Notes: generated from the sequence alone by a model not told the origin. A stretch of DNA of 64,000 nt from an uncultured Actinomycetota bacterium (GCA_963795335.1 CAWCHI010000010.1:453367-517366), one strand, 5' to 3'; shown: positions 52,209-63,857, numbered from the stretch's first letter. Numbers and translations: made by a program.

Positions 52209-53177
52209 ATGCGACGCGCAGCCGCGCTTGTCCTCACCCCCCTGATCGCCGCCCTGGCCCTGGCCGGCTGCAGCAGCAGCGGCAGCTCCTCGTCGTCGGC
52301 CAGCGCGGCCGCGTCCGCGTCCGACAGCTACAAATCCGTGAGCGTGAGCGGTGCCTTCGGCAAGGCCCCGACGGTAACGATCCCCAAGGTCACCGGCAGC
52401 GGTGCCCTGTACACGAAGACCCTCATCCAGGGCAGCGGGGCCACGTTCACCACCTCCGACGGGATGATCGGCAACTACGTCGCCTACGACTGGTCGGGCA
52501 AGACGAGCAAGGTGCTCGGCTCCTCCTACACCACGGGCAAGCAGTCGCTGTTCGTCGGCTCGCTCCTGCCCGGCCTGGAGACCGCGCTGCGGGGGCAGAA
52601 GATGGGCAGCCGCGTGCTCGCGGTCATCCCGCCCAAAGACGGCTTCGGCACCTCCGGTAACTCGACCGAGGGCATCGGCGCCACCGACACCCTGGTCTTC
52701 GTGGTCGACATGAAGTCCACCTTCCCGACCGCGGTGACCGGCACGCAGACCAGCAACGGGGGCGGGGCCCTGCCGACCGTCGCCGCGCCCGCCGCGAACA
52801 GCACCGCCGGCCCGACCGTGACCATCAACACCAAGGCCACCCCGCCGACCAAGCTCGAGGTCAGCACCCTGGTCAAGGGGACCGGGGCCAAGGTCGTCAA
52901 GGGCGATGACATCGCGGTGCAGTACACCGGGCTGATCTGGCGGACCGGGAAGGTCTTCCAGTCCTCCTGGACGCAGCAGACGCCGTTCACCACGCCGATC
53001 GGCGAGGGGCAGGTCATCCCGGGCTGGGACACCGGGCTGGTCGGCCAGACCGTCGGCAGCCGGGTCTTGCTCGTCATCCCGCCCAAGGAGGGTTACGGCT
53101 CCTCCGGCTCCTCGTCGGCTGGCATCAAGGGAACCGACACCCTGGTGTTCGTGGTCGACATCCTGGCCGCTGTCTAA
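52209..53177 (+). CDS. Two-domain FKBP-type peptidyl-prolyl isomerase lipoprotein
   Basis: Lipobox LAGC; VQYTG, VIPGWDTGL, GSRVLLVIPP, TLVFVVD twice. Confidence 0.93.
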   Translation: MRRAAALVLTPLIAALALAGCSSSGSSSSSASAAASASDSYKSVSVSGAFGKAPTVTIPKVTGSGALYTKTLIQGSGATFTTSDGMIGNYVAYDWSGKTSKVLGSSYTTGKQSLFVGSLLPGLETALRGQKMGSRVLAVIPPKDGFGTSGNSTEGIGATDTLVFVVDMKSTFPTAVTGTQTSNGGGALPTVAAPAANSTAGPTVTINTKATPPTKLEVSTLVKGTGAKVVKGDDIAVQYTGLIWRTGKVFQSSWTQQTPFTTPIGEGQVIPGWDTGLVGQTVGSRVLLVIPPKEGYGSSGSSSAGIKGTDTLVFVVDILAAV

Positions 53178-53354
53178 GGCTTGGCTGTAGCGGGGGCGGG
53201 CCGCCGCGCCAGCGCCTCACCCGCACCACCGCGCGCACGGACCCCGCCCGTTACGGCCCTGGCTCGTCGGCCCGCGGACGCGGGAAACAATTGTTGCTGG
53301 GACACCGAATAGTTTCCGGCCTGCCGAAAGTTTCCGCTTCTCCTTGCGCTCCTG

Positions 53355-54437
53355 TCACAGCAGCGAGCGGGCATGGCGGCCGGCGGCGGCGGCGGCCAGG
53401 AAGTAGGCCGGGTCTTCATAGAGCGAACGGCCCATCGTGGACAGCGGGACTGGTGTGGCGCGAAGCGCCTCTTCCAGGCCGTCGGCCGGGACCGTGACCA
53501 GGTTGTGGCGCTGGGCCAGGGGGGCTGCCTGTTCGGCGAGCCGCTCAGCGTGCGGGGACGGGAGTTGCGGCAGCACCACGTCGGCCCGGGCCAGGGCCAC
53601 CTGCCCGTAGGCGGTCTCGCTGTGGTGGGAGATGCCCTGGTGGCGGGGGCGCGGGTCGGCGAAGGAGATGCGCAGCGAGGCGACCGGGCGGCCGTGCAGG
53701 ATGGCGGCCGCGTTGACCGCCTCGCCTGCCGCTACCCCGGAGTAGCCCCAGGTGGTGCCGGTGCCGAGGTTGCCCGGGCCCTGGGCGACGACGGCGATGG
53801 CGGCGCCGGCCGCGTGCCGGGCGGCGAGCAGGGCGCTGTGCACGGTGACCGCCTCAAGGTCGCCGCCGAAGGCCTGGCCCGCGGTGATCACCGTCGCCAG
53901 CCAGCCGGCCTCGCGCAGGCCCGCGGCGGTGCGGGAGAACCAGGCCGGGAGCGCGCCGCCGTCGGTCATCACGTAGGCGACGGCGGGGGAGTCCACCGCC
54001 CCCGTTCCGGCAGCGCCGTAAATCCCGGCCAGGATCGCGGGCAGGGCCGAGTGCAGGTCGGCCGTCACCACCGGCATGCCGTCGAGCGAGCCGGCCGTGG
54101 CCAGCACGTCGTGGTAGGCCGAGCCCTGCTCGTCGGCGCTGGCCGTCATGACCTGCAGCGGCGTGTAACGGGCCTTGACGATGTGACCGGCTGGCTCGCG
54201 GTCGGGCGGGAGCCGGTCAGGGAGCGCCACCACCAGCGCGTAGCCGCCGGTGCCGAGGCCGGCCGCGAGCGCGGCGGTGTTCAGCAGCACCCGGTCGCCG
54301 ACGTGAGGCGACCCGACCAGTTCCGGGTAGGCGAGTGCGCGAATCGACGTCCCGTCCACGGTTACCATGAGTTCGGCTGCTCCGCGCCATTCTCGACGCA
54401 ACGCCGTGACAGTTCCGCTCCGCCATCGGATCACCAC
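53355..54437 (-). CDS. DUF3866 family protein
   Basis: VLLNT..LGTGG, GHIVKARYTPLQ, DLHS, MTDGGALP, GQAFGGDLEA, GPGNLGTGT, RHQGISHH. Confidence 0.88.
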   Translation of the reverse strand: MVIRWRSGTVTALRREWRGAAELMVTVDGTSIRALAYPELVGSPHVGDRVLLNTAALAAGLGTGGYALVVALPDRLPPDREPAGHIVKARYTPLQVMTASADEQGSAYHDVLATAGSLDGMPVVTADLHSALPAILAGIYGAAGTGAVDSPAVAYVMTDGGALPAWFSRTAAGLREAGWLATVITAGQAFGGDLEAVTVHSALLAARHAAGAAIAVVAQGPGNLGTGTTWGYSGVAAGEAVNAAAILHGRPVASLRISFADPRPRHQGISHHSETAYGQVALARADVVLPQLPSPHAERLAEQAAPLAQRHNLVTVPADGLEEALRATPVPLSTMGRSLYEDPAYFLAAAAAGRHARSLL

Positions 54438-54502
54438 GGCAGACTAGCGTCGCTGGTGGTGCCAGGGGCGGGTCTGGCGGCTGAAGCCTCAAGGAGGTCG
54501 CG

Positions 54503-55468
54503 TTGTCGAAGCGCAGGACCGAACGCCTCCTGTCCATCGTCGTCCTGCTGCTGTCCTCGCGCCGGTACCTGACCGCCGAGCAGATTCGCGCGGCGGTCAG
54601 TGGCTACCCGGACGAGCAGGAAGCGTTCAAGCGCATGTTCGAGCGGGACAAGGAGGAGCTCAGGGACCTGGGCATCCCCCTGGAGACCGGCCGGTCGGCC
54701 TCGCTCGACGACGAGGTCGGCTACCGGATCAGCCAGCAGGACTACGAGCTGCCCGAGATCCACCTGGAGCCGGACGAGGCGGCCATTCTCGGCATCGCCA
54801 CCCGCGTCTGGCAGTCGGCCGAGCTGGCCGGCGCCGCCGCCGGGGCCGCGCTGAAGCTGCGGGCGGCGAGCCGGGAGCCAGACGGCGACGCCCCCGCCAG
54901 CCCGCTGCCGGGCATCCAGCCGCGGCTGACCACCCAGGAGCCCGCCTTCGGGCCGCTGTGGGAGGCGGTCCGCGACCGCCGCCCGGTCACCTTCGACCAC
55001 CAGGCCAGCGGCCGCTCCGAGGTGATCAAGCGGACCCTCGAGCCGTGGGGCGTCGTCAACCGGCGCGGCCGCTGGTACGTGGCCGGCTACGACCGGGACC
55101 GCGACGCGCCCCGGGTGTTCCGGCTCAGCCGCATCACCGGGCCGGTGAAGCTGGCGGGCCCGGCGGGCAGCGTCAAGGTCCCGCCCGGGACCGACGTCCG
55201 CGAGCTCGTCAAGGACTGGGACAAGCCGCAGACCCGGGAGCACACGGCGACGCTGCGGGTCCGGGCGGACGGCGGCTCGGCTCTGCACCGCTGGGGCGGG
55301 GCCGCGCCCGACGGGGAGCACCCAGGCTGGGACCGCGTCTCGATCGCCTACTCCGACCCGGACTGGTACGCGGGTTACCTCGCCTCGTTCGGCCCCGATG
55401 TCGTCGTCCTCGAACCGCCGGAGCTGCGCGAGGCGGTCATCCGGCAGCTGAAGGGGGTGCTCACGTGA
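54503..55468 (+). CDS. pafB: WYL-domain transcriptional regulator PafB
   Basis: ERLL, FKRMFERDKEELRDLGIP, WYVAGYD, FRLSRI; paf-locus synteny. Confidence 0.92.
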   Translation: MSKRRTERLLSIVVLLLSSRRYLTAEQIRAAVSGYPDEQEAFKRMFERDKEELRDLGIPLETGRSASLDDEVGYRISQQDYELPEIHLEPDEAAILGIATRVWQSAELAGAAAGAALKLRAASREPDGDAPASPLPGIQPRLTTQEPAFGPLWEAVRDRRPVTFDHQASGRSEVIKRTLEPWGVVNRRGRWYVAGYDRDRDAPRVFRLSRITGPVKLAGPAGSVKVPPGTDVRELVKDWDKPQTREHTATLRVRADGGSALHRWGGAAPDGEHPGWDRVSIAYSDPDWYAGYLASFGPDVVVLEPPELREAVIRQLKGVLT

Positions 55469-55541
55469 GCGAGCGTGCGAGCGAACTGGCAACCACAGTG
55501 CCTGGGCGAACGCTGGGTCCGAGCGCCAGCGAGGGGCAGGC

Positions 55542-56504
55542 GTGAGCCCCCAGCCGCGCATGGTGACCTCGGCCGAGCGGCTGCGGCGGCTGCTCGCGCT
55601 CGTCCCCTACGTGTCCGCCCGGCGGGTGGTGGGGCTGGCGGAGACCGCCGCGACGTTCGGGATGACCGAGCGGGAGCTGATCGACGACCTGAACCTCGCC
55701 TGGTGCGTGGAGCTGCGCGCGCCCGAGCCGTACTGCCCGATCGACCTGTCCTACGAGGACGGCGAGATCTCGATCAGCCAGGCCGAGTCGATCGCCCGGC
55801 CGCTGCGGCTGGCCGCCGACGAAGCCAGCGCGCTGCTGGTGGCGCTGCGGATACTGGCCGACGCGGGCGGCGGCGACGCCGTGGCCCGGCTGATCACCAA
55901 GATCGAGGACGCGGCGGGCGCGGCCGGCGCGGCCAGCGCCCAGGTGTCGGTCCAGCTCGAGAACGCGGGCGGCCGGGAGACGGCCGCCGTGCTCAACGCC
56001 GCGCTGTCCGCGGGCAAGCGGGTCCACCTGCGCTACTACGTGCCCGGCAGGGACGAGGAGACCGAGCGGGACGTCGACCCGATGGGGATGCTGGTCTTGG
56101 AGGGACGGACCTACCTCGAGGGCTGGTGCCGCCGGGCCGAGGGGGTCCGGCGCTTCCGGCTCGACCGGGTGCTGGCGGTCGACGTGCTCGACGTGCCGGC
56201 CGAGGTGCCGGAGGACGCGGAGCCGGGGGACGTGGGCGAAGGGCTGTTCCGGGCGTCGCCGACCGACGTGCTGGCCGTGCTCGATCTCGCCCCGGGGGGG
56301 CGCTGGATCGCCGAGTCCTACCCGTGCGAGTCGGTCACCGAGCTGCCCGAGGGCCAGCTGCGGGTCGGGCTGCGCACCCCGGACACCACCTGGGTTCGCC
56401 GCCTGGCGTTGCGTCTGGGCGAGGACGCCCGCGTGGTCGCCCCGGCCGAGCTGGCGGACGAGGTCCAGGCGGGCGCGGCGGCGGCGCTGGCACTGTACGA
56501 GTGA
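55542..56504 (+). CDS. pafC: WYL-domain transcriptional regulator PafC
   Basis: RLLALVPY, RPLRL, ERDVDP, YLEGWC, FRLDRV; follows pafB. Confidence 0.92.
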   Translation: MSPQPRMVTSAERLRRLLALVPYVSARRVVGLAETAATFGMTERELIDDLNLAWCVELRAPEPYCPIDLSYEDGEISISQAESIARPLRLAADEASALLVALRILADAGGGDAVARLITKIEDAAGAAGAASAQVSVQLENAGGRETAAVLNAALSAGKRVHLRYYVPGRDEETERDVDPMGMLVLEGRTYLEGWCRRAEGVRRFRLDRVLAVDVLDVPAEVPEDAEPGDVGEGLFRASPTDVLAVLDLAPGGRWIAESYPCESVTELPEGQLRVGLRTPDTTWVRRLALRLGEDARVVAPAELADEVQAGAAAALALYE

Positions 56505-56590
56505 CTGCGCGCTAACTGCGGAATGTGATCGCTTAGCCACGCTATGATCCCGCTCATGCCGAACGGGGCCGGGCGTTCCCGCCTGACGAC

Positions 56591-58380
56591 GTGATCCTGG
56601 ATCCGTCGTCGGCTGCGCCGCCCCGGCCTGCGTCGCCGCGGCCGCGGCGACGGGCCGCGCTCGGCCGGGCGGCCGCTGGCGGCCTGGCCGCGGTGGCCCT
56701 GTTCGCCTGCTACCTGCGCCAGTCACGTACGGTGGCGGCCGGCTCGGACGGCGCCGCGCAGGCCCTGCAGGCGTGGGACCTGCTGCACGGCAACCTGCTG
56801 CTGCACGGCTGGTGGTTGACCGACGTCTCGTTCTACCCGACCGAGATCCCCCAGTACGCGCTGATCGAGCTCGTCCACGGACTGAACGCCGACGTCATCC
56901 ACGTGGCCGGCGCGATGACCTACACGCTGCTGGTACTGGCGGCGGCGCTGCTCGCGCGGGGCCGGGCGGCCGGGCGGGCCGCTCTGGCCCGGGTGGCGCT
57001 GGCGGCCGGGATTATGCTGGCGCCGCAGCTCGGCCCGGGCACCCAGACGCTGTTGCTGGCGCCCGATCACACCGGCACCGGCCTCCCGGTGCTGCTGGTC
57101 TTCCTGCTCATCGACCGCTGGCTCACCGCCGGGGACGCCCGGGTTGCCCCAGTGTCGTCCGGCGCGTCGCCCCCCCTCGCGCCGCACGCCCTCGCGTCGT
57201 CCGCCCTCGTGCCACGCGCCCGGCGGCGGGCGCCGCTGCTGGTCCGGCCGCTCCTGGTCTGGGCGGGGCTGACCGGCGCGGCCGTGGCCGACACGCTGAC
57301 CGTCTTCATCGCCGTCATCCCGCTCGCCCTGGTCTGCGTCGTCCGCCTGACGGCAGCGGGGCTGGCCGCACGGCGCCCGGACGGGGTGCCCGGGCGGCCC
57401 GTGGCCCGCTGGCCGGAGGCCTCCCTCGTCCTGGCGGCCCTGCTGGCGGTTCCGGCCGCGCTGGCGGTGACCGGGCTGATCCGGGCGCACGGCGGCTACC
57501 AGGTCAACGGGTTGCAGACCGCGCTGGCGGGGCCGGCCAGCTAGCCGCGAACGCCCGGCTGGCAGGCGAGGGGCTGCTCGAGCTGTTCGGCGCGGACATC
57601 TTCAGCGCGCCGCCGGGGACCGCCACCGTGCTCGCGGCCGTCCACCTGGCCGGGGCCGCCGTCGCCGTCGCGGGCACCGGCCTGGCCGCCTGGACCTGCC
57701 TGGCGTCTGACGGCTGGCAGGTGCCCGGCCGGCTGGTCGAGCAGGTCCTGCTGGCCGGGATCGTCATCGACGTCGCCGCCTACGGGGCCGGCGTGCAGGC
57801 AGTGAACATCCTCTCCACCCGGGAAATCGTCCCGGTCCTGCCGTTTGCGGCGGTCCTCGCGGGCCGCTCGCTGGGCGGTCCTCTCGCGGTCGCCCGGCCA
57901 GCCTGGCGCGGGGCCGCCTGCGCCCTGCTGGCGCTGGGGACGGCCGGTCTCGGCTACGCCGCCGCCGCACCGCCCGCCGCCGCCCAGGACGCGGCCCTGG
58001 CCCGCTGGCTCCGCGGGCACCAGCTGACGTCTGGTCTCAGTGGCTACCAGCAGGCCAACATCGTGACGCTGGCCAGCGGCGGGGCGGTGATCCTGCGGGC
58101 GGTGACCCCGGTCCCGGGCGGACGGCTGGCGGGCTACGACTGGAACGCCAGCGCCAGCTGGTTCGGCCCGGCCGCCCGTCCGGCGACCTTCGTCGTGCTG
58201 GCCCGCCCGGGCCTGTCCGGGTCGTCCGGCGTGACCGCCGCCCGGGCCGTCGCGACCTTCGGGCGGCCCGCCGCGCGCTATCAGTTCGAGGGGTACCAGG
58301 TGCTGGTCTGGCCCCGTCACCGCAATCTGATGGCTAATCTGCGAGCAGGCCAGTCCGGTGACGCGGCGGCGTCGAAGTAG
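56591..58380 (+). CDS. GT-C-like membrane protein, paralog of 50227-52020 (frameshift near 57540)
   Basis: GSDGA..WDLLHGNLLLHGWWLTDV in ORF 56591; REIVPVLPFAAVLA and SGYQQAN in the second frame. Confidence 0.65.
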
Positions 58381-58550
58381 AGGCGGAAACACCCGGTAAC
58401 GGGCGGCCCAGCACCCAGCCTGGGTCCATCCGGTCTGTTCACGTTCCAGGTGACCGCCGACCACTAGTGGTTTCCATAGGGGAGTGTAAACTCAACCGCG
58501 AGGCGAGTCCGGGCGATGCCGGGCTCAATCCCTGTTACTTAAGGACGCAA

Positions 58551-58883
58551 ATGATCGGTGACCTGTTCGACAGCCCGTGGAAGATCCTGATCGTCGCGAT
58601 CGTGATCATCGTGCTGTTCGGCTCGCGCAAGCTGCCCGACGCCGCCCGGTCCCTCGGCAAGTCGATGCGCATCCTGAAGAGCGAAGTCTCGAGCATGCAC
58701 GAGGACGAGCCCCAGACGGCTCCCGCCCCGGCCGTCGCCTCCGCTCCCGCCCCGGCTCCGGTGGCCGCGACCCCGGCCGCCGCCACCACCACCCCGGACG
58801 CCCAGGCGCAGATCGACGCGCTCAGCAGGCAGCTCTCTGACCTGCAGCAGTCGGTCAAGACCTCCGGCAGCGCCCAGGCCTGA
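58551..58883 (+). CDS. tatA: Twin-arginine translocase TatA
   Basis: VLFGSRKLPDAARSLGKSMRILKSE; ATG 58551 after AAGGA. Confidence 0.95.
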   Translation: MIGDLFDSPWKILIVAIVIIVLFGSRKLPDAARSLGKSMRILKSEVSSMHEDEPQTAPAPAVASAPAPAPVAATPAAATTTPDAQAQIDALSRQLSDLQQSVKTSGSAQA

Positions 58884-58932
58884 CGCCGGCGCCCGCCGCC
58901 CGTCCTCACCGAACCCCCGGGAAGTCTCGGTC

Positions 58933-59844
58933 ATGGATTCGAAGCCTTCTGCCGTCCGGGGTGCCCGCATCGTGGGTCAGCGCTACATGCGCGCCAAGCG
59001 GCGGGCCAACCCGGACGGGCGGATGCCCCTGCTGGATCACCTCCGCGAACTGCGCAACCGCCTGGTGAAGGCGGTGCTGGTGATCATCGCGGGGGCCATC
59101 GTCGCCGGGTTCTACCACACGCAGACCTGGAACTTCGTGGTCCACCCGTTCTGCTCGGCGTCTATCAACGGGCACACCGGGTGCAAGGTCGTCGGCGACC
59201 AGCTGACCGTGCCCGGCATCTTTGACGGGTTCTTCCTGCAGATCAAGATCGCTTTCTTCCTCGCGCTGATCGGCACCTGCCCGGTCTGGCTCTACCAGCT
59301 GTGGGCCTTCATCGCCCCGGGCCTGTACATGCGCGAGAAGAAGTGGGCCTACATCTTCACCGCGACCGCCGTCCCGCTGTTCGTCGGGGGCGCGGTCCTC
59401 GCCTACCTGGTGATGGACCGGGGCCTGCACTACCTGCTCGGGATCGTGCCGCACAACGTGCTCGTGCTGCCGAGCGTGGACACCTACCTGAGCTACTTCA
59501 CCGGCATGATCGTCGGCTTCGGCATCGCCTTCGAGCTGCCCCTGGTGCTGGTCATGCTCAACGTGGTCGGAATCCTCACCCACGAGCGCTTCCGCAAGTG
59601 GCGCCGGCTGATGATCTTCCTCATCTTCCTGGTCTGCGGCATCGTCAACCCGAGCCCGGACCCGTGGACGATGCTGATCCTCGGTGGCCTGGCCGTGCTG
59701 CTGACCGAGCTGGCCGAGGTCTTCGTCTACTTCAACGACAGGCGGCGGGCCCGGCTGCACCCGGACCCGTACGCGGGCCTGGCCGACGACGAGGTCGCCC
59801 CGCTCGATGACGAGGAGCAGGTCGACCACCGGGAGTCGGTCTAA
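58933..59844 (+). CDS. tatC: Twin-arginine translocase TatC
   Basis: MPLLDHLRELRNRL, YQLWAFIAPGLY, FELP, PSPDPWTM. Confidence 0.97.
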   Translation: MDSKPSAVRGARIVGQRYMRAKRRANPDGRMPLLDHLRELRNRLVKAVLVIIAGAIVAGFYHTQTWNFVVHPFCSASINGHTGCKVVGDQLTVPGIFDGFFLQIKIAFFLALIGTCPVWLYQLWAFIAPGLYMREKKWAYIFTATAVPLFVGGAVLAYLVMDRGLHYLLGIVPHNVLVLPSVDTYLSYFTGMIVGFGIAFELPLVLVMLNVVGILTHERFRKWRRLMIFLIFLVCGIVNPSPDPWTMLILGGLAVLLTELAEVFVYFNDRRRARLHPDPYAGLADDEVAPLDDEEQVDHRESV

Positions 59845-59883
59845 CCCTGACCGCGCTGCCCCGGGAGGCTCAGCCGTACCAGG

Positions 59884-59905
59884 TGACAGCGGCGTCCCCT
59901 ACTCT
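59884..59905 (+). promoter_or_regulatory. Candidate PafBC-type (RecA-NDp-like) leaderless promoter of helY
   Basis: TGACAG-N10-TACTCT, 6 nt before the ATG; one mismatch to TGTCRG-N10-TAnnnT. Confidence 0.5.
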
Positions 59906-59911
59906 GGAGCC

Positions 59912-62900
59912 ATGAGCACACCGGCGGTGAGCCCAGCCGACAGGTACGCGAGGTTCCGCCAGCGGCAGGCCGCCCCCGAGTTCACGTCCTTCCGTGAGCT
60001 CTACGACTTCGAGTTCGACCCGTTCCAGGTCGCCGCCTGCGGCGCCCTCACCGACGGAAAGGGCGTGCTGGTGGCCGCCCCCACCGGCAGTGGCAAGACC
60101 GTGGTGGGCGAGTACGCGGTCCACCTGGCCCTGCAGCGCGGGCGCAAGTGCTTCTACACCACGCCGATCAAGGCGCTGTCGAACCAGAAGTACAACGACC
60201 TGGTGCGCCGCTACGACAGCGCCACAGTCGGCCTGCTGACCGGGGACAACGCGGTCAACGGTGACGCTCCGGTGGTGGTCATGACCACCGAGGTGCTGCG
60301 GAACATGCTCTACGCCGGCTCGACGGGCGCTGAAAGACCTCGGCTACGTGGTGCTGGATGAGGTGCATTACCTGGCCGACCGCTCCCGCGGCGCCGTGTG
60401 GGAAGAGGTGATCATCCACCTGCCCGAGTCGGTCCGGGTGGTCGCGCTGTCGGCCACGGTCAGCAACGCCGAGGAGTTCGGCGACTGGCTCGCCCAGGTT
60501 CGCGGCGGCACCGAGGTCATCGTCGACGAGCACCGCCCGGTCCCGCTGTGGCAGCACATGCTGGCCGGCCGGCGGCTGTACGACCTGTTCACCGACGACC
60601 AGCACCGCGAGGTCAACCCCGAGCTGGTCCGGCTGGCCCACCGTGAGTCGCTCCGGCAGCCAAACCGCCGCCCGCAGCGCGGCGGCCACCGGCCGCGGCG
60701 TACGCCCCCGCCGTACCGGCCAGAGATCATCGACCGGCTCGACGGGGCGGGCCTGCTGCCCGCGATCACGTTCATCTTCAGCCGGGCCGGGTGCGACGCC
60801 GCCGTGCAGCAGTGCCTGGCCGCGGGCCTGCGCCTGACGACGCCGGACGAGGCGCGGACCATCGAGGACATCGCCGCCCGGCGCACCGCCGACATCCCCG
60901 ACGAGGACCTGGTCGTCCTCGGCTACCACGACTGGGTGCTGGCCCTGCGCCGCGGCATCGCCGCCCACCACGCCGGCCTGCTGCCGGTGTTCAAGGAAGT
61001 GGTCGAGGAGCTGTTCACCGCGGGCCTGGTCAAGGCGGTGTTCGCGACCGAGACGCTGGCCCTCGGCATCAACATGCCCGCCCGGACGGTAGTGCTGGAA
61101 AAGCTCGACAAGTGGAACGGCGAGGGCCACGCGGCGCTCACCCCGGGCGAGTACACCCAGCTGACCGGGCGGGCGGGCCGCCGCGGGATCGACGTCGAGG
61201 GGCACGCGGTGGTGCTCTGGCAGCCGGGCATGGACCCCGGCGCGGTCGCGGGCCTGGCCGGCACCCGGACCTACCCGCTGAACTCTTCCTTCCGCCCGTC
61301 CTACAACATGGCGGTCAACCTCACCGGCCGCGTGGGCCGCGACCGGGCGGCCGCCCTCCTTGAGTCGAGCTTCGCCCAGTTCCAGGCCGACCGCGGCGTC
61401 ACCGGGCTGGCCCGCCGGCTGCGCCGCATGCAGGAGCAGGCCGACGGCCTGGCCCGGGAGGTCACCTGCGACCGCGGCGACTTCATGGAGTACGCGCAGC
61501 TCCGGCGGCGGCTGAGCGACGTCGAGCGCGGCGCCTCCCGCAGCCGGGCCTCGGCCCAGCGCGCTGAGGCCCGCCGGACGCTGACCACGCTGCGCCGCGG
61601 TGACATCATCCGGGTGCCGACCGGCCGCCGGGCCGGGCTCGCGGTGGTGCTGAACCCGCCCCCGGCCAGCGGCCAGCTCTCGCCCAGCCGGGCCGACGGG
61701 CCGCTCGTACTCACCGTCAGCGGCCAGCTCAGGCAGCTGTCGGCGGCCGACTTCCCGGTCCCGGCCGACCCGGTCGACCGGATCAGGGTCCCCGCCTCGT
61801 TCAGCGAGCGCTCCCCGAAGCACCGCCGCGACCTGGTGTCGGCCATGCGCTCCAAGGTCGAGGGGCGCCCGCTGGACCCGCCCGGGCGCCGCCTGCGGCG
61901 GCCGGGGACGAGGACGGCGACTCCGAACGGGAGCGTCGCTACGCCACCGACGACGACGAGCCGTCTGCCGGCGGGGGGCGTAACCGCCGCCGTGACCAGG
62001 CCGCCGACGACCGGGACGCGTCCGGGGCGGAGGGCGACATCGCCGAGCTGCGCCGCCGCCTGCGGCACCACCCGTGCCACGCCTGCCCCGACCGCGAGCA
62101 GCACGCCCGCTACGCCGAGCGTTACTTCCGGGCCAAGAAGGACATCGACGACCTGGAACGCCAGGTCGCGGGGCGGCGGCATGTCATCGCCCGGACCTTC
62201 GAGCGCGTCTGCGCCGTGCTCGACGGGCTCGGCTACCTCGACGGCGACACGGTCACGCCGGCCGGCCAGCGCCTCACCCGGCTCTACTCGGAGCTCGACC
62301 TGCTCGCGGCCGAGTGCCTGCGGCGTGGCCTGTGGGAGGGCCTCAACCCGGCCGAGCTGGCCGGCGTGCGTCTCGCTGCTGACCTACGAGTCGCGGCGGC
62401 AGAACGACGACGACGGCCCCGCCCGGATGCCCAAGGGCCCCGTCCGCGACGTGCTCACCGCCATGACCCGGACCTGGGGCGAGCTCGACCAGCTGGAGCG
62501 GCGCAACGGGCTGTCGTTCCTGCGCGAGCCCGACCCCGGCTTCGTCTGGGCGGCCTACCGCTGGGCTCGCGGCGCGAAGCTGGAGGACGTGCTCGACTCG
62601 GTCCCCGGCCTCACCCCGGGTGACTTCGTCCGGTCCATGAAGCAGCTCATCGACCTGCTCGACCAGATCGCGGTGGCGAGCCGGGACCAGTCCGGCCCCC
62701 GCGGCCCCCAGCCGCCAGCCCGCCTGGCGGCGCCGGCCGCCGGTGAGACGGCCGCCGGTGAGACGGACGGTGCCGGAGGAACGGCCGGTGCCGGACCGGC
62801 GAGAACCAGGACCGCGACGACGCGGCGCGAGCGCGACGAGGACGGCCAGGACCGTGACCGCGGCGACGGGCGCGGCCCCGTTGAGCGGTCGCCGAAGCGC

Positions 62901-62981
62901 CGGGACGTGGCCTCGACCGCACGGGCCGCGATCGACGCGCTACGGCGCGGCGTCATCGAGTACTCCGCCCTGGCCGACTAG
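59912..62981 (+). CDS. helY: Ski2-like DEAD/DEAH helicase HelY (several frameshifts: ~60330, ~61890, ~62365 and others)
   Basis: APTGSGKT, TPIKALSNQK, DEVH, LSAT, FSRAGC, HHAG, QLTGRAGRRG, GDFVR; follows tatC. Confidence 0.9.
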
Positions 62982-63132
62982 CCCCGGGCAGGAGCGCCTG
63001 GTGGCCGCGCACCGACGCTCACCGGATCCGGCTCACATAGACCTGGGCTATAGGTGCCGGGCAAGACTGGCATTAGTGCTAATGACTACCCGTGCGACTA
63101 GCGTGGTGGCAGTCGCACTGGAGGTGCTCGCC

Positions 63133-63695
63133 GTGACCAGCCCAGTCGTCGAAATGCCGACGGATCACCGGTACCTGCCCGGAGCTGCTGACGGCCGCCG
63201 TCCGCCGCGCGGTCCGCTGCGGGGGCACGTGGCAGGAGACCGCCGCCCGGGTGGCCGACGCCCTCCGCGGCCGCGTGCCCGGCCCCGGCCAGCTCTCCCC
63301 GGCCCTGCTGAGCCCGGAGCAGCTGGCGGGTGACCCGGGCGGCTACCAGACGCACCTGGTGCACGCCGAGCCCGACGGTTCGTTCTCCATCGTGGTCATG
63401 GTCTGGCTGCCCGGCCAGGCGACGGCGATCCACGACCACCTGTCCTGGTGCTGCACCGCGGTGCTCGCACGGCACCGAGTACGAGGAGGTCTACGCGTCG
63501 CGCGGCGACCACCTCGAGGTGGTCGCCCGCAACGCCAACCCGGCCGGCACCGTCAGCGGCTTCGCCCCGCCGGGCGACATCCACCAGGTCCGCAACATCG
63601 GCGCCACCACCGCCGTCTCGCTGCACGTCTACGGCACCGATATCACCCGCGTCGGCTCCAGCGTCCGCCGCATCTACGACCTCCCGGTCCGCTAG
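63133..63695 (+). CDS. Cysteine dioxygenase-family cupin protein (frameshifted)
   Basis: GGAGG RBS; VWLPGQATAIHDH, PPGDIHQVRN, AVSLHVYG across two frames. Confidence 0.8.
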
Positions 63696-63857
63696 CCCAC
63701 GCTCCGGCAGCCGCCTCCGCAGCCAGTCCTGTGGCCGGCTCCCGCGCCCCGCCCAGCAGCCGGCCCAGCCAGGCGACCGCTGGCGGCCTGGCGAGCGCAG
63801 TCCTGCCTGCCGTCGCCGGCGCTCTGTCCAGAACCAGACTTGCGTAACGATCCATAG

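Noticed and set aside
618-63695. Frameshifts in many genes (ABC ATPase, sseA, GH16-like, ArsB-like, RHS, sugar dehydrogenase, epimerase, GT-C, helY, cysteine dioxygenase) as pseudogenisation or programmed recoding
   Set aside because: They are scattered single-base indels in otherwise intact conserved genes, which is typical of long-read consensus error; raw reads are needed to decide.
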